Source: a virus
Taxonomy: Duplodnaviria > Caudoviricetes
Virus record (IMG/VR): IMGVR_UViG_3300046171_000271
Length of the DNA stretch: 64,000 nucleotides
Strand: one strand, 5' to 3'
Shown one piece after another: positions 7,747 through 17,717 of the stretch (position 1 is its first letter; each line of letters starts with the position of its first letter). The notes beneath the pieces are model-generated. The model made no database searches, had not been told where the DNA came from, and worked only from the letters and a program-made list of their open reading frames with translations. The position numbers and the translations under genes were made by a program.

Positions 7747-10241
7747 AGTTTTACACTAATGTTCAGCTGATCGGTAATCAGTTTCTAGTTCGTGGAGTTG
7801 AAGATGGAAAGAGGTTTGAAGTTAGAGATAGTGAATTCTGTCCTACTCTTTTTGTCAATAGTAAAAGAGAAACCAAGTACAAAACGCTGAATGGTGAAAG
7901 TGTAGAACCAATTAAACCAGGACAAGTTCGCGACTGTCGCGACTTTTATAAAAAGTATCAAGATGTAGATGGTTTTTCCATTTATGGTAATGATCGATAT
8001 ATCTATCAGTATATTTCAGAAAAGTATCCTGAAGATGAAGTTAAGTTTGATATTAGTAAAATTAAACTAGTAACTCTTGATATTGAAACAACTGCAGAGC
8101 ATGGATTTCCAAATGTAGAATCTGCTTCTGAAGAGATTTTGGCGATCACAATTCAAGACTATACCAGCAAGGAAATCATTACTTGGGGTGTAAAACCTTT
8201 TATTAATAAACAGAAGAATGTAACTTATCGGTATTGCTCAACAGAACATCAACTTCTTAATGATTTTATCAATCATTGGATGCAAGATGTACCTGATGTT
8301 ATTACTGGTTGGAATATTCAACTATTCGATATTCCTTATATCTGCAAACGCCTTAATAGAGTTCTTGGTGAGAAATTAATGAAGCGATTCTCACCTTGGG
8401 GACTTGTGACTGAAGGTGAGATGTATATTCAAGGACGTAAACACATCACATATGATGTTGGTGGAGTCACTCAACTTGATTACCTTGATCTATATAAAAA
8501 GTTTACTTATAAGGCACAGGAATCATATCGTCTTGATTATATTGCCAGTGTTGAACTGGGACAAAAGAAACTTGATCACTCTGAGTATGATACGTTCAAA
8601 GATTTTTATACTCATGGATGGCAAAAGTTTATTGAATATAACATTGTTGACGTAGAACTTGTTGATAGGTTAGAGGATAAGATGAAACTTATCGAATTAG
8701 CCTTGACTATGGCATACGATGCCAAGGTGAATTATAACGATGTGTTCTATCAAGTTCGTATGTGGGATAACATCATTTATAACTATTTAAAGAAGAGGGA
8801 TATTGTTATTCCTCAGAAACGCCAGACGGACAAGAACGAAAAGTACGCAGGTGCTTATGTCAAAGAACCGATTCCTGGAAAGTATGATTGGGTTGTTAGT
8901 TTCGATCTTAACAGTCTCTACCCTCATCTTATTATGCAATACAATATCTCACCAGAGACTCTTCTTGAGGAGAAACATCCAACAGCAACAGTTGATAGAA
9001 TTCTTAATGAAGAGATAAATTTTGAACTCTACAAGGACAATGCGATTTGTGCTAATGGCGCAATGTACCGCAAAGATGTTCGTGGGTTCTTGCCGGAATT
9101 GATGGAGAAAATGTATGGAGATCGTGTCGTCTTCAAGAAAAAGATGCTTGCTGCCAAACAGCAGTATGAGAAGACGCCTACTGTTGCACTTGAAAAAGAA
9201 ATCGCTCGATGTAACAACATTCAAATGGCGAAGAAGATTTCTCTTAACTCTGCTTATGGTGCTATTGGTAATCAATACTTCAGGTATTACAAACTAGCAA
9301 ACGCAGAAGCAATCACATTGTCTGGACAGGTATCAATCCGTTGGATTGAACAAAAGATGAACAAATATCTAAATAATCTGTTAAAAACAGAAGACGAGGA
9401 CTATGTCATCGCATCAGACACTGATTCTATCTATCTTAATATGGGATCTGTTGTTGATAAATTTTTTGCTAATTGCTCTGGCGACAAAGCAAAGATTGTG
9501 GAGTTACTTGATATGGTTTGCCGTGACAAACTGGAACCGTACATCGACGAGTGTTACCAGAACTTGGCGAACTATGTATCGGCATATGATCAAAAGATGC
9601 AAATGAAGCGTGAGAATATTGCTGATCGTGGTATCTGGACTGCGAAGAAGCGATATATTCTTAACGTGTGGGATAGTGAGGGTGTTCGTTATGAAGAACC
9701 CAAACTAAAAGTCATGGGTATTGAATCAGTTAAATCATCTACACCGGCTCCTTGCCGTAAAATGTTGAAAGATGCCTTCAAGATTCTTATGACTGGTAGT
9801 GAAGATGAGATGATCAAGTTTATTGATTCTAGTCGTGATCAGTTCAAAAAACTTCCACCTGAAGAAGTATCTTTCCCACGATCTGTATCTGATGTAGTAA
9901 AGTATAAATCACATTCAAGTATCTATAATAAAGGAACTCCGATTCATGCGCGGGGAGCACTTCTTTATAATCATTATATTGTGAAAAATAAACTAGATGC
10001 TAAGTATTCTTTGATTCAGAATGGAGAGAAAATCAAGTTCTGTTATTTAAAGAAACCAAATCATATTCATGAGAATGTCATCTCATTCATTCAAGATTTT
10101 CCTAAGGAATTAAATCTTGACAAGTACGTTGACTACGACTTACAATTTGAAAAGTCGTTCCTCGAACCTCTGAAAGCAATCTTAGATGCTATTGGATGGA
10201 GTGTGGAAAAAACTGTAAACCTAGAACTTTTCTTTGGATAA
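7743..10241 (+). CDS. gp43: Family B DNA polymerase (T4 gp43-like)
   Basis: Exonuclease motif LDIET; polymerase motifs FDLNSLYP, KISLNSAYG and SDTDS. Confidence 0.99.
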   Translation: MKFYTNVQLIGNQFLVRGVEDGKRFEVRDSEFCPTLFVNSKRETKYKTLNGESVEPIKPGQVRDCRDFYKKYQDVDGFSIYGNDRYIYQYISEKYPEDEVKFDISKIKLVTLDIETTAEHGFPNVESASEEILAITIQDYTSKEIITWGVKPFINKQKNVTYRYCSTEHQLLNDFINHWMQDVPDVITGWNIQLFDIPYICKRLNRVLGEKLMKRFSPWGLVTEGEMYIQGRKHITYDVGGVTQLDYLDLYKKFTYKAQESYRLDYIASVELGQKKLDHSEYDTFKDFYTHGWQKFIEYNIVDVELVDRLEDKMKLIELALTMAYDAKVNYNDVFYQVRMWDNIIYNYLKKRDIVIPQKRQTDKNEKYAGAYVKEPIPGKYDWVVSFDLNSLYPHLIMQYNISPETLLEEKHPTATVDRILNEEINFELYKDNAICANGAMYRKDVRGFLPELMEKMYGDRVVFKKKMLAAKQQYEKTPTVALEKEIARCNNIQMAKKISLNSAYGAIGNQYFRYYKLANAEAITLSGQVSIRWIEQKMNKYLNNLLKTEDEDYVIASDTDSIYLNMGSVVDKFFANCSGDKAKIVELLDMVCRDKLEPYIDECYQNLANYVSAYDQKMQMKRENIADRGIWTAKKRYILNVWDSEGVRYEEPKLKVMGIESVKSSTPAPCRKMLKDAFKILMTGSEDEMIKFIDSSRDQFKKLPPEEVSFPRSVSDVVKYKSHSSIYNKGTPIHARGALLYNHYIVKNKLDAKYSLIQNGEKIKFCYLKKPNHIHENVISFIQDFPKELNLDKYVDYDLQFEKSFLEPLKAILDAIGWSVEKTVNLELFFG

Positions 10242-10411
10242 TGGATTTGCCAATCAATGATAAAGAACTTGCTACTATCGTTAGTGCATTACGATTGGGC
10301 GGTGACGCAGCACTTTATCAAAAATTGAATAAAATAAAAGAGATCCGTGATGCTAACCCAGGCGGCCCTTATAAGAAAATTGCTCGTGAAGAATTTGGAT
10401 TTGTAATTTAA
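10241..10411 (+). CDS. Small hypothetical protein
   Basis: MDLPINDKELATIVSALRLGGD..., coupled to the gp43 stop. Confidence 0.65.
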   Translation: MDLPINDKELATIVSALRLGGDAALYQKLNKIKEIRDANPGGPYKKIAREEFGFVI

Positions 10412-11418
10412 TGGATTTTTTAAAAGAAATTGTAAAAGAGATTGGAAATGAACATACCAAACTCGCAAGAGACATCGATGACACTGAGCGATATGTGGAC
10501 ACGGGTTCTTACATCTTTAACGCCCTTTGCTCAGGGAGTATATTTGGTGGTGTATCTGGGAATAAGATTACTGCCATTGCTGGCGAGTCTAGCACTGGTA
10601 AAACTTTCTTTAGTTTGGCCGTTGTCAAGAACTTCCTTGATTCTAATCCTGATGGGTATTGTTTATATTTTGATACTGAAGCCGCTGTTAACAAGTCTCT
10701 TCTCGCAGATAGGGGTTTAGATCTTGATCGTATTGCTATTGTCAATGTTGTTACGATTGAGGAGTTTAGGAGTAAAGCACTAAAGGCAGTTGATCTTTAC
10801 TTAAAAAAATCAGTAGATGAACGCAAACCTTGCATGTTTGTGCTAGACTCTCTGGGGATGCTTTCTACTGAGAAGGAGATTGCAGACGTTTTGAATGATA
10901 AGCAAGTTCGTGACATGACTAAGTCACAACTTGTCAAAGGTGCATTCAGGATGTTGACTCTGAAACTGGGGCAAGCAAACATTCCTATGATCGTTACTAA
11001 TCATACTTACGATGTTATTGGTGCTTATGTTCCAACTAAAGAAATGGGTGGAGGTTCTGGACTCAAGTACGCCGCCTCTTCTATCATCTACTTGTCTAAG
11101 AAAAAAGAAAAGGATGGAACTGAAATCGTTGGAAATCTTATCAAGGCAAAGACTGCTAAGTCGCGTTTAAGTAAGGAGAACAAGGATGTTACTGTTCGTC
11201 TTTACTATGATAATCGTGGTTTGGATCGCTACTATGGTTTGCTTGAGTTGGGAGAACTTGGTGGACTTTGGAAGAATGTGGCTGGACGCTATGAAATAGA
11301 CGGTAAGAAAGTCTATGCCAAAGCAATTTATAAAGATCCAGAAACATATTTCACTCCAGAAGTGATGGAAAAATTAGAAGAGATTGCAAAACAGGAGTTT
11401 AGTTATGGACAATGTTGA
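10411..11418 (+). CDS. uvsX: RecA-like recombinase UvsX
   Basis: Walker A GESSTGKT, FVLDSLG, MGGGSGLKY. Confidence 0.96.
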   Translation: MDFLKEIVKEIGNEHTKLARDIDDTERYVDTGSYIFNALCSGSIFGGVSGNKITAIAGESSTGKTFFSLAVVKNFLDSNPDGYCLYFDTEAAVNKSLLADRGLDLDRIAIVNVVTIEEFRSKALKAVDLYLKKSVDERKPCMFVLDSLGMLSTEKEIADVLNDKQVRDMTKSQLVKGAFRMLTLKLGQANIPMIVTNHTYDVIGAYVPTKEMGGGSGLKYAASSIIYLSKKKEKDGTEIVGNLIKAKTAKSRLSKENKDVTVRLYYDNRGLDRYYGLLELGELGGLWKNVAGRYEIDGKKVYAKAIYKDPETYFTPEVMEKLEEIAKQEFSYGQC

Positions 11419-12778
11419 GTTTCTAATTCTTAGAAACCTACTTCATAATGAGGAATATGTCCGTAAGGTAATTCCATTTATCAAAGCAGATTACTTTGAG
11501 AATCGTAGTCAAAAAATTGTCTATGAAGAAACTCTCAAGTTCGTAGAACAATATAATAAACCAGTCACCAAAGAGATTCTTTGTATTGAAACAGAGAAGC
11601 GTCAGGATATTACTGATGGTGACTATAAAGAAATTACTCAACTCATTTCTTCACTAGAAGAAGCACCTACTGAGTTTGAATGGTTGGTGTCTACCACTGA
11701 AAAGTGGTGTCGTGATCGTGCTATCTATCTGGCACTGATGGAGTCCATCTCTATTGCCGATGGACAGGATGAAAAGAAAAATCGGGATGCTATCCCAACT
11801 ATTCTTTCCGATGCCCTTGCAGTGTCATTTGACACCCATGTGGGGCATGATTATCTTCAAGATTATGAGGCACGTTATGAGTCCTACCACAAGAAAGAAG
11901 ACAAAGTTGAATTCGACTTGGAGTACTTCAACAAAATTACAAAGGGAGGTTTACCGAATAAAACGCTTAATATTGCTCTTGCTGGCACTGGCGTCGGTAA
12001 ATCTTTGTTTATGTGCCATTGTGCGGCTGCATCTTTACTTGGTGGGAAAAATGTCTTATATATCACGGCTGAAATGGCTGAGGAAAAGATTGCAGAACGA
12101 ATTGACGCTAACTTGCTCAACGTCCCTATCCAAGAAATCTCAGATTTACCTAAAATGATTTATGAGAGTAAGGTAACAAAACTCTCAGAAAAAACACAAG
12201 GAACTCTAATTATTAAGGAATATCCTACTGCTACTGCTCATGCAGGACATTTCCGTGGTTTGCTTAATGAACTCGCTATTAAAAAATCATTTCGTCCTGA
12301 CATTATTTTCATTGATTACCTTAATATATGTGCTTCCTCTAGGTATCGCGGAAATCTTTCTGTCAATTCATATAGCTATATCAAGGCTATTGCTGAAGAA
12401 CTTAGAGGCCTCGCTGTCGAAGCGAACGTACCTATCGTATCTGCCACCCAGACTACCCGTTCTGGTTATGGTAGCTCTGATGTTGAGCTTACTGATACTA
12501 GTGAGTCCTTTGGCTTGCCTGCTACTGCTGATTTTATGTTTGCCCTTATTTCAACTGATGAGCTTGAAGAACTCGGGCAAATTATGGTAAAGCAGTTGAA
12601 AAATCGATACAATGATCCAACTGTGTATAAGCGTTTTATTGTTGGTATTGATCGTGCAAAAATGCGTCTTTATGATTGCGAGCAAACTGCTCAGTCTGAT
12701 ATGGTTGACAGTGGGCAGGAAGAGGAGTATACTTACGAAGATAAACCTAAGAAATCATTTGATGGGTTCAAATTCTAA
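11405..12778 (+). CDS. gp41: Replicative DnaB-like helicase (T4 gp41-like)
   Basis: AGTGVGKS, FIDYLNI, SATQTTRSG, KQLKNRY. Confidence 0.97.
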   Translation: MDNVEFLILRNLLHNEEYVRKVIPFIKADYFENRSQKIVYEETLKFVEQYNKPVTKEILCIETEKRQDITDGDYKEITQLISSLEEAPTEFEWLVSTTEKWCRDRAIYLALMESISIADGQDEKKNRDAIPTILSDALAVSFDTHVGHDYLQDYEARYESYHKKEDKVEFDLEYFNKITKGGLPNKTLNIALAGTGVGKSLFMCHCAAASLLGGKNVLYITAEMAEEKIAERIDANLLNVPIQEISDLPKMIYESKVTKLSEKTQGTLIIKEYPTATAHAGHFRGLLNELAIKKSFRPDIIFIDYLNICASSRYRGNLSVNSYSYIKAIAEELRGLAVEANVPIVSATQTTRSGYGSSDVELTDTSESFGLPATADFMFALISTDELEELGQIMVKQLKNRYNDPTVYKRFIVGIDRAKMRLYDCEQTAQSDMVDSGQEEEYTYEDKPKKSFDGFKF

Positions 12779-13062
12779 TGTGCGGTTATTATTCTGTATT
12801 CAATTCCTATCATAAAAAAATTGCTGATTGTGGATCTGAGAGAGATGCTCTCTTTCTTATTCATAGTCGCAATAAAATTTGTGATGGACATTACTACACT
12901 TTTAATCCCCTTCCAGGCGATATAGTTAACATAAAAACCGTAAATCAACTTCCTACCAAAGACATCGTTGTTAATATGGATGGCGGTGTTGGTGGTAGTT
13001 GGAAAGAAATATCACTTACTGAAAATTTTCAAGAACCATTCATTCCTGATTATCACGACTAA
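12778..13062 (+). CDS. Hypothetical protein
   Basis: 94-aa ORF coupled to gp41. Confidence 0.6.
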   Translation: MCGYYSVFNSYHKKIADCGSERDALFLIHSRNKICDGHYYTFNPLPGDIVNIKTVNQLPTKDIVVNMDGGVGGSWKEISLTENFQEPFIPDYHD

Positions 13063-13070
13063 AGAAAATT

Positions 13071-13463
13071 ATGAACAACTACGTTGATTTTGTTAAGCAA
13101 ACTACTAGTGAACCAAGTCTTGATTATGGTTCAATGGCATCACGTCTTGCAGAACTTGAAGTAACAGGAACTAATACCACACAACTTCTTACTGCTGCAC
13201 TTGGTTTAACTGCTGAATCTGGAGAGTTTACTGAAGTTGTAAAGAAGATTGTCTTCCAGGGTAAACCTTATAATGAAGAAAATGTATTTCATATGAAGCG
13301 TGAACTTGGAGATATCTGCTGGTATCTTGCTCAAGCGTTCATGGCACTTGATACTAATTTTGATGAGATTCTTGATATGAATATTGAGAAACTCTCTGCC
13401 CGATACCCCGAAGGAACATTCAATGCATACTATTCTGAAAATCGTAAGGAGGGAGATCTGTGA
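13071..13463 (+). CDS. mazG: MazG-like NTP pyrophosphohydrolase
   Basis: LGLTAESGEFTEVVKK, ELGDICWY, NIEKLSARYP. Confidence 0.93.
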   Translation: MNNYVDFVKQTTSEPSLDYGSMASRLAELEVTGTNTTQLLTAALGLTAESGEFTEVVKKIVFQGKPYNEENVFHMKRELGDICWYLAQAFMALDTNFDEILDMNIEKLSARYPEGTFNAYYSENRKEGDL

Positions 13464-13687
13464 TTGAATTTGATGATATGGAACTCATGCAACTTAAGTT
13501 TTGCATGGATCAAACCAAAAATCAAATGTCTATGGGTGGAGAAATTCGCCGTCATGCATCTATCTGTGAAAAGGTAGAAGCGGAAATGAATCTTCGTAAG
13601 CAAAAGACAGGTGCTTACACTAAAGAGAAAGTTCTCCGAGATCTTGAAGAACAAATTAAAATGATGCAGAAAAATTTAGGAAAATGA
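13460..13687 (+). CDS. Hypothetical protein
   Basis: 75-aa ORF with overlapping start/stop junctions. Confidence 0.6.
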   Translation: MIEFDDMELMQLKFCMDQTKNQMSMGGEIRRHASICEKVEAEMNLRKQKTGAYTKEKVLRDLEEQIKMMQKNLGK

Positions 13688-13842
13688 TTGATCTTAAACT
13701 TACTTCTGAACAAGCATCTGCTCTTCGTTATGCATTATATCTTCATACAAGAGAAGATTCATATGAATTTCCATCTTCTCGTGTTGTATTACTTAGACAA
13801 GTAATTGACGCATTAGATGGTTTAATTGAAAAAAATACATAG
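13684..13842 (+). CDS. Small hypothetical protein (52 aa, not in ORF track)
   Basis: MIDLKLTSEQASALRYALYLHT...KNT* fills the gap and overlaps the previous stop. Confidence 0.55.
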   Translation: MIDLKLTSEQASALRYALYLHTREDSYEFPSSRVVLLRQVIDALDGLIEKNT

Positions 13843-13852
13843 AGTATAACAA

Positions 13853-14074
13853 ATGAAATTATTAACACTTGAAGACTATCAAAAAGCAGGAGAAACATTT
13901 TGGCCTAAGTATTGGTATGTTTCCAAAGAACTTGGAGAAGGTGCTAAGGCAGAAGACATCTTGAAAGTTATGGAAGCAGTTGGTGGTGTTGCACTGAAAC
14001 TTGCACTAGAAAAGAAAGAAGGCCCATTTGGATTCAACAAAAAGGAGGAAAATGACGAATCAAGCACAGACTGA
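13853..14074 (+). CDS. Hypothetical protein
   Basis: 73-aa ORF (MKLLTLEDYQKAGETFWPKYWYV). Confidence 0.7.
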   Translation: MKLLTLEDYQKAGETFWPKYWYVSKELGEGAKAEDILKVMEAVGGVALKLALEKKEGPFGFNKKEENDESSTD

Positions 14075-14309
14075 TCAAGAAATCAAAATTCCAGAAGGAT
14101 CGGAACTGATTGATGAAGCATTCTATGTGTGGAAAACACGCTTCGGACTTCATAGCACGATGACAGTTCAGGGCAGAAAAATGCTTACCGGATTAAAAAA
14201 AGAAGATGTCATTGAAATGACTAGATGGCATCTTAAGTGTGAAATCGACGGAACTCTTGATGATTATAGTCGTGTGATTGGATCTGCTGTTGTTGGAGGC
14301 AAACTCTAA
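14052..14309 (+). CDS. Hypothetical protein
   Basis: AGGAGG SD before the ATG at 14052; ends SAVVGGKL. Confidence 0.7.
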   Translation: MTNQAQTDQEIKIPEGSELIDEAFYVWKTRFGLHSTMTVQGRKMLTGLKKEDVIEMTRWHLKCEIDGTLDDYSRVIGSAVVGGKL

Positions 14310-14325
14310 ATAATTAAAAAGGATA

Positions 14326-16215
14326 ATGGAAAAATTATCATCATATACAGTTAATACTTTCAATCAAGAACTATTGCAATGTGTTGCTATATCATTCTTT
14401 ATAAAAAATAAAGAAGCAACACAAAACGATTTTTCTGAATATATTGAAAATAACTTTTCTGAAAATAAAGATGATGATAATATTTTAAATGGAATAAATG
14501 CAGAATATGACAAAAGAACTAACTTAGGGATTTTTAATACGACTTCTAAAACTGGAATTAGTTGGATAAAATCCTCTGTCGATATTGCAAAATTCCTAAT
14601 ATCTAAATTTAATTTGGATAATCAATATAAAGTTTATCACCAAAAATCCAAATTTGGTAGAATGATAAAAGAAGAATGCATTAATAGAATTGTAAATGAT
14701 TTAGACTTAGCAAAATATTCCAAAGAACCCGATGTTTACAATCCTACGGATATTTGGATTGTTAGAGAATCCAAAGCAAACATTATTGAAAAGACATTAA
14801 GGGAAAAAATAATAGATGCTCCTACTGGAATAGTAACAAAAAATTATATAAGCAATAGAAATACATATAAATCGATTATTGGTTCTTTTTTTAAAACGGG
14901 AGATTTGTACCAAATTTCTTTGAAAAAAGCATCACCTTCGGGTAATGTAAAATACAGAATGATTGGATCTTTATATGGTATACCATCTAAAGATGTAGAT
15001 CCTTATACTAAATTTATTTCAATATTAGATGATATATTGAAGGAGAGAAATAAGCAAAAATTTTTTGATTTCATTAGTGATTTAGTTTTACTTAGGAAAA
15101 TAAATTATACAGATGAAGTACTTCAACCAAATGTTACCTTTACCCTTAGATATGGGCAATTGGATGTTGGTGATCAGATTTTAGGTGAAAATGAAAACTG
15201 GAAATTAGATACTCCTGGTAATACATTTAATATGCAAAAAATTGGAGGAACAGCATGGAGTGGTGGATTAAATTTTAATGGCATTCACTTGGCATTAAAA
15301 AATTATACAAAATATATGCCAGTGTTTCGAGAAATGAAAAAATTGAGATACAAAAGTTTTGAGGAATTATATTCTCAACTTTTTCCAGGAAAAAGAGTTC
15401 CTGAAAATATAAAAGGTATTTTACTAAGAAAAGACGAAATAATTTATAAAAAAGATGATTTAAATGCAATAAAAAAAAGTTTAAATAATGAAGAAAATTA
15501 TAAACATTTTTTGGCAGAAGCAATAAAAAAACTTTCTAATCCATATAGAGGAGAAAAATCATTGTATGGAATTACTTCTGTTGGATCTATGAATATTGGA
15601 GAGTCAAAAATTAGTAAGTTAAAAGATGGACAAGATGCCATAGCACTTTCAATTAATCCAATTGAGAGGGGAGATAGTATTATTACTTATAGTGATAAAG
15701 TAAATTATAAGTCAATAAATGCAAGAAATTCATCTTTTAATAAAATAAGAACGAATGATGTAGTTTTTATCCGAAAAGTAAATGATAGGGGTAATGATAC
15801 TTCTGTAAGTGCTGTAAAAACAAGAGTCAAGAGTATTGATATCAGAAAGAAAAAAATCACACTTTCCAAATCAATAAATGCTAATGCTAGTGGAAATTTA
15901 ATTGCAGTCATTTTTAATCCAGTACAATCTAACATTTTGTCAGATAAAAAGTTGAGAAGTATTGATACAAAAATATTAGAGCAAAAGTTTTCAAAATTAC
16001 AACCTTTTTGGATGTTTATGAGAGGTGGGCCTCAACAATTAAGAGATTTTTTTAAGAAGCAAATAGTTTTGACAATTTATGGATTAGTATCTAAAAAAGG
16101 TGGAAAAATATTTGAGCATAATTTTGCTGAAGGAGAAACCATAGGATCTAAACTAACAACTAAAAATGCTTTAGATAAATTCATCATTCCACAATTTTCA
16201 ATAGTTGGCGATTGA
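14326..16215 (+). CDS. AT-rich protein with PD-(D/E)xK nuclease-like motifs
   Basis: YNPTDIWIV ... YQISLKK resembles a restriction-endonuclease fold. Visibly more AT-rich than its flanks. CTAAATA at 14306-14312 upstream. Confidence 0.6.
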   Translation: MEKLSSYTVNTFNQELLQCVAISFFIKNKEATQNDFSEYIENNFSENKDDDNILNGINAEYDKRTNLGIFNTTSKTGISWIKSSVDIAKFLISKFNLDNQYKVYHQKSKFGRMIKEECINRIVNDLDLAKYSKEPDVYNPTDIWIVRESKANIIEKTLREKIIDAPTGIVTKNYISNRNTYKSIIGSFFKTGDLYQISLKKASPSGNVKYRMIGSLYGIPSKDVDPYTKFISILDDILKERNKQKFFDFISDLVLLRKINYTDEVLQPNVTFTLRYGQLDVGDQILGENENWKLDTPGNTFNMQKIGGTAWSGGLNFNGIHLALKNYTKYMPVFREMKKLRYKSFEELYSQLFPGKRVPENIKGILLRKDEIIYKKDDLNAIKKSLNNEENYKHFLAEAIKKLSNPYRGEKSLYGITSVGSMNIGESKISKLKDGQDAIALSINPIERGDSIITYSDKVNYKSINARNSSFNKIRTNDVVFIRKVNDRGNDTSVSAVKTRVKSIDIRKKKITLSKSINANASGNLIAVIFNPVQSNILSDKKLRSIDTKILEQKFSKLQPFWMFMRGGPQQLRDFFKKQIVLTIYGLVSKKGGKIFEHNFAEGETIGSKLTTKNALDKFIIPQFSIVGD

Positions 16216-16234
16216 TAAAATATTATTATGAGAG

Positions 16235-16447
16235 TTGACATGGAGGGAAGGTTTGTGTATGATGTACCCAAGCACTAAAACCATCCCAATGAAGTCTGAC
16301 TATTATGCAGATGTGTTTGATATGTCTGGAGTTCTAGTTTGTAAAAGAGTGTATGTTGGTAAATATAAATCAAAAACTTGGGCAATGAAAAAAGTTTGTT
16401 CCATGTATCCAGATTATCATGACTTTGATCTTTATGTGGGTATGTAA
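16235..16447 (+). CDS. Small hypothetical protein
   Basis: 70-aa ORF; start uncertain. Confidence 0.45.
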   Translation: MTWREGLCMMYPSTKTIPMKSDYYADVFDMSGVLVCKRVYVGKYKSKTWAMKKVCSMYPDYHDFDLYVGM

Positions 16448-16453
16448 TTAATC

Positions 16454-16461
16454 TATAAATA
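16454..16461 (+). promoter_or_regulatory. T4-type late promoter
   Basis: TATAAATA upstream of the cytidyltransferase. Confidence 0.75.
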
Positions 16462-16484
16462 ATGTATAAGGATCAACAATATAG

Positions 16485-17710
16485 ATGAAAAGTTTCTTTC
16501 AGTTCCTTAGTGAGGCAGAAACAGAAGCCGCATCACAGGCAAGAAAACTTGGTTTGAAAGGCGACGGACATGGCGGTTGGGTAAATCGTGCTGGAGAGTT
16601 TGTCGCCAAAACTGTTGACGGGAAACTTAAATTCTTTAATAAGAATCAAAAACCTGGAAGGGATCCAGATCAAACTCCCAATACAAAAAAGGTTGAACCT
16701 AAATTAAAAGTTAAAACAATGTCTGTGGATAAGGCTCCACAGAAAGATAAGAAGAAAGATGGAGATGAAGCAGAGAAAGTTATAGGTAGTGACACACTTA
16801 CCCTTGCTTTTGGTAGATTTAATCCACCAACTGTTGGTCATGGAAAACTTTTAAGTGCTGCTAAGAAAGCAGCAGCAGGTGGTGATTTGGCAATTTATCC
16901 ATCCAGAACTCAAGATCCTAAGAAGAATCCATTGGATCCTGATATGAAGATTTCTTTTATGAAAAAAATGTTCCCTGAATATGCGGATGACATTATAAAT
17001 GATGCTGAAATGATATCCATTTTTAATGTTCTTGGTGCAGCAGCTGAAGGTGGATATAAGAATGTTAATATTGTTGTAGGGTCTGATCGTCAATCTGAAT
17101 TTGACAATCTAGCACAAAAGTATAATGGAGAATTGTATAATTTTGAAATGATTAATGTAATCTCTGCGGGAGTTCGTGATGCAGACTCTTCAGGTGTAGA
17201 AGGAATGTCTGCATCTAAGATGAGAAAAGCAGTTGTTGATGATGACTTTGCTGCATTCCGCAAAGGAACACCAAAGGAACTTGATGATGGTGATACTACA
17301 GCACTATTTGATGCAGTTCGTTCTGGTATGGGTATTAAGAAAAAGAAAGAAGTTAAGGAGATGTGGGAGATTGCACCTAAGTATGACCCCAAAGGTCTAA
17401 GAGATAATTACATTTCTGGTAACATATTTAACCTTGGCGATATTGTTGAAAACTTAAACACTGGTTTAATTGGTGAGATTGTTCGTCGTGGAACAAATCA
17501 TCTTATCTGTGTAACTAAAGAAAACTATATGTTTAAGTCCTGGATTACGTGATGTGATGGAAGCAGTAGAAAATATCATGGACCATCATGGGGTTCCTGC
17601 AAATCAAAGACTTAGTTGGAACTGATTCTCATCGTGAAGTATGCTATGAGAATACAGGTACTTCTGGTATAAAGAATTTCATAAATAAGTATAAGAAAAA
17701 GAAGTCGTAG
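16485..17710 (+). CDS. Cytidyltransferase-like (HxGH nucleotidyltransferase) protein; 3' end split by indels
   Basis: FGRFNPPTVGHGKLL and VVGSDR motifs. After the 17552 stop, shifted frames continue RDVMEAV...GVPANQRL / VGTDSHRE / GIKNFINKYKKKKS*. Confidence 0.8.
17680..17687 (+). promoter_or_regulatory. Late promoter variant
   Basis: CATAAATA about 30 nt before the ATG at 17718. Confidence 0.55.
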
Positions 17711-17717
17711 TATTCCA

